Positions 22,181 to 34,361 of a stretch of 64,000 bases of DNA are shown piece by piece. Within the stretch, counting starts at the first letter, position 1. Each line of letters opens with the position of its first letter. A model generated the notes under the pieces. It saw nothing but the letters and a program-made list of their open reading frames with translations, was not told the origin of the DNA and ran no database searches. The position numbers and the translations under genes are program-made. Source of the stretch: Amoebidium appalachense (taxonomy: Eukaryota; Protista; Ichthyosporea); assembly GCA_963693365.1 (NCBI GenBank), contig CAVNZM010000009.1, forward strand, positions 6,850,171 to 6,914,170, read 5' to 3'.

Positions 22181-23011
22181 TAAGATAATGAACCCGGCTA
22201 CGGCCGGGAGCCCTCAAGATTTTAGACCTTAAACCGTATTTACCTGTTATCTTGAAAGTGAGTGACCCCTGTAGCACATAATGGTTCAATTAATTAATTC
22301 TCAGTACATAATCCCCCCCAACATCCCCCCCCCCCCCCCCCCCAACACACACACACACAAAAAAATAATTAAAATGAAAATATTAGCCATGACGTATTTA
22401 AACATTGAATATAGGAAAACCGAAAATGTACATGAAACATTTGCAGTGGCCGGGATGTGGTTGCTTGCAGTACACGGGCGATACTAACACAGGAAAGATT
22501 AACAAAAAATGCTGCCCGGGTGCCCAGAGCGATGGGGGGAGGGGGGGGGAGAAAGGGGGGAGGGGGTTTTTGAGGACATACATGTTTTCTGTTGACTCAG
22601 TTTGCGGGCCTGAAGGGGGGGGGGGGGGGGGGGAGGGGGGGAGGGGGGGGGGGAGGGGGTTAGTAAAGGAAATACGATAAGCTTAGGAGGGAGAAGGGGA
22701 TGATATTGATAGATCTGATGGTGGTGGAATGGCTTGGTTAACAAAACCACCCCCTCTACCTCCCCCCCCCCCCAACACCCTCCCGGTCGGCTGCTCTCTT
22801 AACCTACTTTGATATGCCTCAAATTTTCTTGTGTACTTCAACACCAACGTTTTTATCTGTGCCCATAAGGGGGTCTCTGGCCCTTCCTTGAGAGCTTTCA
22901 CCAGTCTCCATGCATCGAAAGCTTCATGGTTCTTTCAAGATTTCGTTTTTTAAGGAACAAAGACATGGCTGCAAGGAGTGTTTTTTTTCCTCTGTGTGTT
23001 TGTGTGTGTGT

Positions 23012-23044
<33 letters not shown>

Positions 23045-23193
23045 AGGGGGGGGAGGGGGAGGGGGGGAGGGGGGGGGAGGGGAGTCAGGGGAGGGGGGAG
23101 GGCGGAGGGAACTACAAGGCCGCAGTCTGAGGGCAGAGAGGGAATTTTTTCCCCGCTTGTTTTTTTCTTCTTTCTTCTTCTTCTTGTTTCTTT

Positions 23194-23234
<41 letters not shown>

Positions 23235-23239
23235 CAGAA

Positions 23240-24000
23240 TGCTTGTTCGGGGAAGTTACGAGATCTATTTTTGTACTGAGTGCCTGTGTGTGCACATGTA
23301 AAGACGTGGATGGGTGGAAGGGAGTCACGGCGTATGTGCACAAGCAGACACAGGCTTGCAAGTGAACGATTGCTACACGTGCACTTTCACGTGTGCTCCG
23401 AGTGTTTATGCGAGATTCAGTGTAATGGGCTCCCGAACGCTAGTTTAAGATTGTTTTGCAGTTTGAATGCAGCATATGAAGCATTTATGGTATGTATACA
23501 TATCTCTCACAGTGAACAATTCTATTGGTGTTTTTTCAATTTGCTGGCTGGCCACCACAGTTCATATCCATGATACCACTTCCATATGTTACTCACGGTA
23601 ATGTCATCCTGTTATCCACCCTAACACTTCCTTATGAACTGCTCTTTCTCTATTTTCTTCCGTTAAAGAACTCGATTATTGTATGTATCATTTCAGCCGC
23701 ATACAAAAGCATATGCTAACTGCCCTCTGGTCTTGGAAAACGTTTTCTGCAAGCTCATGTCTGACTTGTAAGCTTCCAAATCTCAGATGAGCGCCGGGGC
23801 AATAACAACTCCTATTTTTTATGTAGAAGCATTGGATTCTTACTATAGATGACTATTAGCCATGATGCTAAAGCCGGCAAATTCACCCACCACCTTCAGG
23901 CAGTTCTCACCAGCTTATCTCCTGTGAGAACGCTACTGAAATGCCGATTCTAAAGCACTATTTCATTATTGCTGAAAGTTTTCGAAAACAACCCAGCTTG
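23240..24000 (-). pseudogene. Decayed coding sequence of an unknown gene or TE (homolog at 63450-64000)
   Basis: Shared DNA (CACAAGCAG.CACAGGCTTGCAAG, AAGCTCATGT) and peptides DLEAYKSDMSLQKTFSKTRGQL / DLDVYQSYMSLHEKLVMTRWQF and CKPVSAC / CKPVPAC; many stops. Confidence 0.5.
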
Positions 24001-24211
24001 GCGAAAACTAAGACCGTATAGGTTCTGTCAAGCTGTCAACTTACCGGGGCGTCAATAACATATCTTCTTAATATGTTTTCCGACTCATTTCATTTATAAC
24101 ATACTTCAAGTCTGAGTCACGCTGACCAACGTCGATACGTTACGGCATTCCAACACACACACACACACACACAGACAGACACACACACACACACACATAC
24201 ACACACACACA

Positions 24212-24270
<59 letters not shown>

Positions 24271-24278
24271 CCCCCCCC

Positions 24279-24321
<43 letters not shown>

Positions 24322-24325
24322 AGCA

Positions 24326-24374
<49 letters not shown>

Positions 24375-24385
24375 CCCCCCCCCCC

Positions 24386-24469
<84 letters not shown>

Positions 24470-24520
24470 CTTTCTCCCCCCCCCGCACCCCCCTCCCTCC
24501 CCCCCCCCCCCCCCCACCCC

Positions 24521-24571
<51 letters not shown>

Positions 24572-24578
24572 GCCTCTC

Positions 24579-24960
24579 TGCCACAGGAAATGTTTCAAAC
24601 CAGGAATTTTTTGCACTGGATGTTGATGTAGTTTTCGTCCACTTTGTCAATTGGGTTTCCATTTGGTTGTTTTTTTTGCTCATTGGCATTAAGCTTCTTA
24701 GTACTGATCATAAGAGTAAACGGTTTTAATAACTGTTTTTTGTTGATTTTCTAGCATCGTCTGAGCAGAGAGCTGAAACCCGGCTACAGCGAAACACATA
24801 ACCACAGATGTAAACAGTGCAAAAGGTATTTAGAAAAGCACGACAGTAGGCAGAACTCTATATGCAAGCAAAGTTAGCCTGGTTAGGTGGCCTTTTTCTG
24901 TTACAATATATAGAGATGATCTAGGACAAAAATTTCCCGGTGCAAAAGTTCCTGTGACCC
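24579..24960. mobile_element. Possible old MITE with degenerate ~40-bp TIRs
   Basis: Left end CCACAGGAAATGTTTCAAACCAGGAATTTTTTG versus reverse complement of the right end TCACAGGAACTTTTGCACCGGGAAATTTTTG. No clear TSD. Confidence 0.4.
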
Positions 24961-25292
24961 GAGTCCCTCCCCCCCCCCCCCCCCCCCCCCCCCCCTTACC
25001 CGGGTCCCTCTCGCTCTTTTCCTCTCTCTCCGCTGAGGCTCTCTTAATCACTCCCCCCCCCACCCCCCCCCCCCCCCCCACCCCCAGGACCTAATACTTA
25101 CCCCCACAAGATTTCCGATCTGCTTGCAGCTCTTTGTAAACAGAACATTTGCACACGAAGCTCCCGACTAGTATTAACACAATCGCCCTGGCAATGCACA
25201 CGAAACTCCTTACACATTTATCCATTTACTGGCTTTCTCCAGTTCATTCCAGGTGCTGCACGTATGAGTCTTGAGGGTGCATTCGTTGTTTT

Positions 25293-25415
<123 letters not shown>

Positions 25416-25699
25416 CGTGTGTACTTGTGTACGTGTGTGTCTGTGTGTGTGTGGTTGCATGTGTGGTTACGTGTGTGTGTGTGTGTGCGCACACACACCG
25501 TGACGTGTATGTAGCCCAAAACAGCAAATACAAACAAATTTGATGCAGCACCCTCCCGCCACTACAGTTTTCGAGAACTGACGCACTAAATCAGCTGTAC
25601 ACTTGTGCACTTACACATGCATCCACCGTGAAGCTTACTGTGCACGTCACGGTACCCGGCGGCATCAGTAAATTGCAACTAGATTATTATAGTATGTGA

Positions 25700-27120
25700 A
25701 CAGTATAATTTTCGTGTTACTAAATAATGGGACCCTTTCCGACAGCTTCACACGGCACCGCGGCGTTTGCAAGGTTCGCTCCTAAGCCCCTTTCTATTTT
25801 ATGTGTATATCAATGATTTAATTGTGGATTTAGAGGGAAATCAGTTTTTGAGTTCTCATCGTGGCCTCCCAGCTGCATTATTTTATGCGGATAATGCTGT
25901 TTTAATCGGCTGAATCCAGGGCTGAGGCTGCTGCACAACTGGATTTGCTTAAGGATTGGTGTGCTCGAAACGATATGTGCTTGAATATCCGTAAATGTGC
26001 TGTCATACATCACTCCCATATAGACCCCCCTCTCTCCCTGGGGGGGTCCAATATGAGGCAAGAATCCGAATAAAAGTATCTAGGTATCCAAATGTCCGCT
26101 GATGGTATTATTATGTTTGATGATATGGTTTCTTCCCGTGTTTCCAAAGCCAAAAAATGCCTAAATCGGTATAGAATCAACCACCTTTCTGTCATGGGAG
26201 TCACCCACCCCTTTAATCGGCTTAAGCTATTCAAAGTATTTGTGCGTCCCTTGTGTGAATATGGTTTTCCCCTTTTAGCCCTCGCCCCTACCGTTGTATA
26301 TCAGGCCCTTAAACCTTTAATTTCTTTTCAGTATGGTGAGGTAAACAAGTTTTTAGTTGGTAGTGGTGCCCCCTTCCCCCATTGTTTATTTAATTGTATC
26401 TTTGCACTCACACAACCCACGCATCGCATGCACACACTCGCACTACACTTTTATTTTCACATAGAACACCTACAACACAGTGCACCCAATCACGCGCTGT
26501 TTCGTCACCACTTCTCACTCCCCCGCCCCTATGAACTCGATACCTTTTCCCTCCAAATCCAAATCTCTCTGCGAAGCTTCGTGCTGTTAAGACTTACTGC
26601 ACTACACCCCCCCCCCCCCCCCATCCCAACCTCCACGACACCCCCCTCCTCCACACACGCATGGTCCGCTTTTTACACGCACAACACAAAACACGCATCT
26701 CTACCTCATTTGAAGCAAGCACCCGCATACACAAACCCTTAGTGCAATATGTTTGCTCCACAGGCCGTGAGAAACGGTCACTAGCCGATAGCATAGTGGG
26801 CTTCCCTAGTGGTTTACTAACACAATGGTCACTTTAATGGCGTGGTAACCGTTTTCTGATGTTTCCTAGACGGTTGTGCCCTAGTGGGTCACATCCTTGG
26901 TGCCGTAGCTGTGTGGACCGGTGTATTGTGTTTCCATTTATTCCATTAGCCGCACAGGCCTCCTTTTCCGTCACACATTTACACACCTATCCACTTCCCG
27001 CCACCCTGCACAACACTTTACCATCATTGACTTCCTTGCCCAGCTTTGTTTCCAATACCTGCACACCCACGTCACACACATTTATCACCCTCCCGACCCG
27101 GTTGATTAGCTATAGTTGAG
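25700..27120 (+). mobile_element. Degenerate LINE relic of the same clade as 10855-13605
   Basis: LQGSLLSPFLFYVYINDL, FYADNA (YADD mutated), KYLGIQ, FVRPLCEYGFPLLA, SLADSIV, CPSGSHPWCRSCVDRC, TIIDFL; frameshifts and stops. Confidence 0.85.
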
Positions 27121-27396
27121 TTTTTTTTTTCCTTTTTTTTCCCCTTCTTTCGCTTTCTTTCTTTTTCTTGTTTGCTCGGATGTACTGTCTATAGGGTTAG
27201 GGGTCCTTGTTTTGTGACCGTATATTAGGTAACATTGCTAACGGGTGTATTTCATTTGTAGTATGCTGTACATATCATGCATATGGGGCACATGTTGTGT
27301 TTCCGATTGGCTGGAGGGAGCGGCCAATAAAGTGCAATGTTCCCATTTTTCGTGCTTTTCATGCCTGTGTATAGATATTAGTTGCCGGCAAGACTC

Positions 27397-27825
27397 ATGG
27401 TTGTGCACATGTTGATTGCTTTTAAGGTTTTTATCTCAGGAGGTTTAACTTAAGTTACGCGTCACATGTAATGGGGGGAGAGGCAGATGGCTGGACGGTT
27501 CCCCGTGTTTGCAAACGCAAGTAGAAAAGCGCTGGCACAAACACCGCTGCGGTTTACGAACATTCTTGCTACGTGGTTTGTCGCTATTGCCATTCCCTTC
27601 TTTAATGACATTATGTAGCTTTTCGGAGCTCTTGGTATCACTCCCTTGACCTTCGTTATGCCGTGCGTCATGTATATGGTCTACATGAGGGGTGAGTTGG
27701 CTTTGGGAACTCGGGCTGTGTGTATGACTGTTGCGGGGGTAGGAGTGATTGTGGGCGTGGCTGGGTCTGTGGCTTCGGTACGACATATTCTTGTCGACGC
27801 CAGGCAATACAAGCTGTTTGAATAG
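27397..27825 (+). pseudogene. 3' fragment pseudogene of the AAAP transporter at 7923-9413
   Basis: High nucleotide similarity to ~9005-9413; ATG TCA changed to ATG TAG at 27616; indels near the 5' end. Weaker similarity continues into the 3' flank (CCCAAAAGTGTCC). Confidence 0.9.
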
Positions 27826-28237
27826 TGCCTAGGTTTGTAAACATGTATATACGTATACAAGACGTATCTCTAATCTTTTTTTAATAATACGCGGTAGAGG
27901 TGTGTTGATGAGGTTGTGCCTTTTGTCAGCTATGTCCTGTCGTACGGTCTTGACCTGTGCAGTTGTGCAAATAAAAGGGACCCAAAAGTGTCCCTTGTAC
28001 CCTGCTAACAGAAATCCATTACCAACGAGACAAACTTCAATTTTTTGGAATGTTTATATATTGTTCTCTGCTCAGACAGCTGGCCCATATACAAACACAA
28101 CGTCATGAAATTCAGTGGTAATCGAGACAAATAAACCGGTCAACACAGAAAACGTGCTTCTGCCTTTTGTCAATCACGTAGACTACTGAAACATTTACAA
28201 GTAGAGTGGGGGGGAGGGGGGGGGGGGGGGGGGGGGA

Positions 28238-28373
28238 TGTTGCTGTGTGCAGTTTCACATAGATACATGACGAGTGAAGTCTGTGTTCTAGCTGTCTGAG
28301 TGTGTACGTTCTCTGTCTCTCTCCCTCTCTTCCTTCTCACCCTGTCTTTCTCTTCTCCTTCCTTTCTTCTTCT

Positions 28374-28408
<35 letters not shown>

Positions 28409-29064
28409 CCCCCCCCCCCCCCCCCCCCCCCCCCACCTCTCTCTCTCTCCTGTGCGTGTGTGTGTGTACACGGGTGCTAGACCCGTGTGCACAGCCCCGG
28501 CCATCCTGGCCATATCGATATTAGTGATAGCTGTGTGAGCACAAGTGTTAGCTGTGTGCGTGTGTTAGAAGCTTCTGTTTACTTATTGGTTAACGTGCTT
28601 AGTGTGTGATATTTCTGTTAGGTGCACGTGCCCCGAGTTTAAGAGGGAAACGTGTAGAAAGTGTGTTTTTACGTAACCACAGTTTAGTGATATATGTTCT
28701 GAAAACTAAGTAGTGATAGTTGTGAGTTTGTGAAGTTTCAATGATGTACAGTAAGTTCAGAGTAGTTTTCTTTATTTTAAGGTTAAAGAAAACAAGTATG
28801 TTTTACTAGCAGAGTAGCGCAGCTCCGACTTCCATCTAGCGCCAGATCAGTCGATAGATCTCAAGCTGTATTTTGATTGGTTCCCGTTCCCAAACATCAG
28901 ATTTGACCTGTGGATATTCTGATGTCCAGCCGAAAATACATTAGTCGTCCTGTTACTCAGAATTGTTTTACGACTCCGGTTGCAAGTGTGTTCTCTCTAG
29001 GTTGTGTTCCGTCACACCACTCTGTGCACTCTGTTAGGTACCGACTCAGTTATACAAAATAACA
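28238..29064 (+). mobile_element. Solo LTR (827 bp), divergent relative of the Copia LTR family
   Basis: TGTTG...TAACA termini with G-runs on both sides. Same architecture as 61930-62802: (CT)n, poly-C, hairpin, and CTCTGTGCACTCTG...TACAAAA.AACA end. Confidence 0.75.
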
Positions 29065-29658
29065 GGGGGGGGGGTATGAGGAGAAAGATAACGGCACATA
29101 TCATTTCAAAAGCATGTCAGAGAAAAATTCAGCTTCCAAACTATTTGGATGCCGAACAAACTTACCTAGCAAATGTGAAGATTACAAGTCAGCACAAGAT
29201 TTAAAATACAAAAATGGACGTCCAGGTGTGTGCTCACGGAAAATCCCACACGCGCGCATGCGCACACGCACAGGAACACACACACGCACACGCACACGCA
29301 CACGCACACGTACACACACAGACAAACACACACACACACACACACATGCACACATGCACACATGCACACACAAACACACACAAGTGCGTGTCGCTCGCAC
29401 ACACCCACACCCACAAACAAAAAGACGTGCGGGTGCGCACCGACACACACACACACACACACAGGCACACACCCACCCACCCATCCAACCACGCACACAC
29501 GCACGCACGCACGCACGCACGCACACACGCACGCACGCACGCACACACACACACACGCAAGCACGCACGCACGCACGCACACACACACCGTGAAACACAC
29601 ACACACACACCAAATATACACACACATCGTGAAACAAACACACACACATCGTGAAACA

Positions 29659-29859
<201 letters not shown>

Positions 29860-30190
29860 CACAGCAAAGAATAAACGTAACTCAATGAAACTCAGGCTCT
29901 GCACCAAACTGGAAGTACATGTATGCAGACAACAACAAATCAAATTAGACGAAAGAGGTTTGTACACTTGCCCATGTTTGGCAAACAGCACGTTGAATCG
30001 CACCTTCGTATACTAATTTACAGTATTAATATGCCAGTAGCACCTTCGCACACAACTGAGTCCACGTATAAGGCACAGACACCACCTATTATCCACCATT
30101 GGGGCAAGTGATCCACACATGTGCCCACATAGATAAACTCACAACACACACACACACACCACAAGCGCGCGCACACAACACACACACACA

Positions 30191-30255
<65 letters not shown>

Positions 30256-30563
30256 CACACACGCACACACACACAAACGCACACATACACAAACACACAC
30301 ACATGTAATCAGTGTGGCACAAACAGACAAATGACCTGAAACATACACACGGGCCCGAGAGCCATATTGCATGCAGGCATGCGCTGTGAAGAGGTGGTGA
30401 TGGTTTGATCGTTTTTTTTGTTTTTGTTTTTTCTTTTCCGGGGGGGGGGGGGGGGGGGGGGAGGGGAGGGGGAGGGGAGGTCGACGCTGTGGTGCAAGCA
30501 GGAGGGACCGGGGGGGGGGGGGGGGGGGGGAGGGGGGCGGGGAGGGGGGAGGAACATGTGCAG

Positions 30564-30663
<100 letters not shown>

Positions 30664-31953
30664 TGTGGGAAGGGGAGAGGGTGGGGGTATCTGTCTGAGA
30701 GATGATCATGATGACGCGTACTAAATTTAGTCATTTGAATGTACCGACATCACTTCCCCCCCCTCCTCACCCTCTTCCCCCCCCACCCCACGGCCCCCCC
30801 CACTCCCCCACCCCTCCCCCCTCCCCCTCCCCCCATTACTCCAACTCTTACTACTCCCACCCCACCCACCCCTTCCGGCCCTTCATTGAACCTTATTCCC
30901 GTTTCCCTACTCGGTCTCATGATCACCATACTCTGTACACTTGCTAGATTACGGACACCTGCCAGCCTGGGAGAGGGTCATAATAGTCATAAAAAGACAT
31001 ACTGCGCATGCTTCCTCTCCTTCTCTCCTGAAAGCATTGATCATGAAAAAACTTTTCATCTGATGCCGAGCTTAACCCCCCCCCCCCCCCCCCCCCCATA
31101 TATGCATCGTCACCCCTTCTTCTTAATTAATTATAATGTATCTAGCTATGTACTAGCAACGCTCCCCTCCCCCCCCCTTCCCCCCCTTCTCCCCGCTCAT
31201 CCTGTTCTCCCCCGCCCCCCCCCCCCCCCCCCCCCGGCCCCCCCCCCCCCTTATGCATCGTCACCCCTTCTTCCCCGACGTACCCTGAATCGGCATTAAC
31301 GACGTTTCCTTCTCTCGGGATTCAAGATGGACTAAAGCAAAGCACCACATGTTGTACAAATCCATGGATCAATCGTGTTTGGTCAATTGAGCTGTCACTA
31401 GTACTCGGGGAGCCCCCCCCCCCCCCCCCCCCCCCCCCCCCGAGGGAGAACAGTGTGTGTAGATGCGTGTATTCGAGTACGGCAAGAGTGAGAGAGAGCC
31501 TGGACGGGGGGGGGGGGGGGGGGGGAGGAGAGGGGGTTGTGAAGGATCCCCCCCGCCCCCCTCCCCAAAAATGGAGGGGGGGGGGGGGGAGGGGGCTGCA
31601 TGGGAGATGACTCTGGGCACCCCAGCAAACGTCATGTATATTTGTATGGGTGTTGCATGCCATGATTTATATTTATCTCGTTTTGTCCCGTTTCGAAGCC
31701 CATCCGATCGCGAGTCGTACTCGAAATGGGGAAGTGCCGTGTTCACGTAAGCAAGGTCATCAGCAGTTAATAGTAGGTATACTTCAGACATGTACTGGAA
31801 CATGTACATAATAATACATTGCTCAAACGTTTTGTCCATAGTAAGTCACACTGGGTCTCGTTTAGAGCCTCAGGCAGTCTGTGTCATATATATGCATCGA
31901 TGCACGGGGGACTTTTGCGCTCACGGCCACTTCGTGTTTCACGCGGCCGTAAG

Positions 31954-32328
31954 CAGTGTTCGAATTTACCAAAAAAAAACGTTTGGATTTACCAAACTTT
32001 TTGAACGATTTGCCAAAGTTCGTCATCAACGGATCAATAAACCCGAGTCAAAAGGAAAAAAAAAAAAAAAAAAAAAAAAAGTTCGTCCAAGGGAATGGAA
32101 CAGCCCAGCCCCCCCCGGGCCCCCCCCGCCCCCCCCTTCGGACCGGGCCCGCCCTCCTCGGCCGGCCCCTCATGATCACCCACTTCCGGATCCTGGCAAC
32201 CGGCCACTAACACAGAGCACAGACATCTGCGCACTCTTCGCCAAAAACAACACACAGCGACTTCCGGGGAACCGCGGGAGGGGAGGGAGAGAGGAGGGAG
32301 GGAGAGGGGGGGGGGGGGGGGGGGGGGG

Positions 32329-32377
<49 letters not shown>

Positions 32378-32501
32378 GGGGGAGGACGATCAAGGGTTTT
32401 ACCTTTTTTTTTTTTTTTTTTTTTTTTCCTTCTTTGGCGATTACCAAAGAACCCAGTTGGCCCCCCCAATAATTCGATTCGAAACTGAAACTCGAACCCT
32501 G
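31954..32501. mobile_element. Non-autonomous hAT-type MITE (548 bp)
   Basis: TIRs CAGTGTTCGAATTT / CAGGGTTCGAGTTT (12/14). Perfect 8-bp TSD GCCGTAAG at 31946-31953 and 32502-32509. Subterminal ATTTACCAAA-like repeats. Confidence 0.85.
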
Positions 32502-32712
32502 GCCGTAAGTTCGATAAAATTAGTTATTCAAGATATTTTGTTTCCCGCGGTTGCGATTGGTGGCCCAGCCGCCCAGGGCAATCGCTGGCAGATTCCTGGG
32601 TTAAAAGGGCTTACACAAATATTCGCAGGCAGGCTTGCATAAAATTGAAGATCGGGGGGGCCGGCCCCCGGAGGCCGAGGGGGGGCCCCGGGGAGGGAGG
32701 AGGAGGGGGCCT

Positions 32713-32759
<47 letters not shown>

Positions 32760-33438
32760 CTGCCACGTGCGACTGTGGCCGCCAGCCCGGCCGCCGTATG
32801 ACCAAGTCTACGTATGACGTAGGTATCTGCGGTACCGTATGTGCCACCCATTCATGTATGCGTGTCATTGGGTGATACTGATCCGTCTCTCACCTGTCGC
32901 ATAGCGTCATCGCAAGATAAAAATAGGCCTAAAACGATAAAAATAAATAGGGCTGGAATGTCGTTTTGTAATTGGTTGGTGGGGCGTGGATTATTAGTCG
33001 CCATCAGATTCCTGGGGAATAGCTGGCTAAACCTTGCCCAAAAATTCCTTCCTGGCTGCACTGGCTTGCACAAATATGCAAGATCTGGATCGGTGCGTGA
33101 CTCGCCCACGGCCCACCGTGGGCCGTGGGCTTACGTAAGCATTTGCATCAAACAGCTACGGCCAGGAAACTTTTGGCGTAGAATAGATGGACTCGAATAA
33201 AAAGAAAGTGCGAGCTTGCCAGTGCTACAGGGTACCGTAGTCACATTATTTGGGTACAACCGAAACCCAGACTTTCCAACGATCTGAAAATGGAATGCAT
33301 GGACTAAACTCGTTCACCAATCAGGAGCGCTGGAATGCATACAACACAAAAAGGACTGCGGCGACTTATGACATACAAATGTCACAAAAAACATCAGAGT
33401 TATCAGCGTATAACAAATGGACGACAAGCTTTGCCGAA

Positions 33439-33445
33439 TATAAAT
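33439..33445 (+). promoter_or_regulatory. Putative TATA box of the mosaic secreted gene
   Basis: TATAAAT ~70 bp upstream of ATG 33512, with CCAAT near 33317. Confidence 0.4.
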
Positions 33446-33511
33446 GGCGTGCATCACACCTCACGCTCTCACTGAATTTGAGTACTGATCCGCTCAGGTC
33501 TCTGTTTCGCT

Positions 33512-34278
33512 ATGGGGTCACTTACACTCTTACTCCCCGTGCTTCTGCTGGTCGCCCAGCAGGTAGCTGCACAAAGTAAGTTGACATGGACTGTGTTTGA
33601 AGCATGATCGGTGTCCATATGGGCGGTACGTTGGCACACACTGTGTTTCAAGGACACTCATTTGCATGGGTATTAATTGTGCACACATGAACACGATGTA
33701 TTTTGTTCGGATTGCTCTGAGCTCTCTGAGCTTATGTAAGAATTGTACGTGTTTGATCCAAGCACGGTGTACACGTGGATGGGTGTACAATGGGGCCTTA
33801 GCAGACGCAATGGTACTGAGGAGCATAGACACGCAGTTGTAAAGGCTTCCGGTCGACCTAGTAACTCCTGCACATACAGAGGCTTGAAGTTGGGAACCAT
33901 GACTTATGGGTGGACACGTTCTTATCACTCTTTGGACTCGAAGATATTTTACAGTGGGGCTCCGCGTTCGGACCGGTTTGGGCATGATCAACGTAAATAA
34001 AGACGGGATATGGAACTAAGTTGCCAGTGCCACAGGTTCATTAATCTGCTAATGCTTGAAGCCTACCACTACCTCTAGCAAACTTGAGGCATACACATTA
34101 CGTAGTACTGGTACGTGCCATGTGCCTGACCAACATATGCGGCAGCTCCTGTACGTAACACCCACTCACAAACTTCACGAGGCCTCGTCGAGTCCCTAAA
34201 CTGTTACAGTTTTTTCACACAACCACGAACACACCCCTTCTAACCCACAAATACAACCACAATCACCTACGCACGCAT

Positions 34279-34361
<83 letters not shown>

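Noticed and set aside
33880-34110. Additional exons in intron 1 of the mosaic gene
   Set aside because: Candidate sites give stops or phase conflicts; direct splicing of 33575 to 34382 is in frame.
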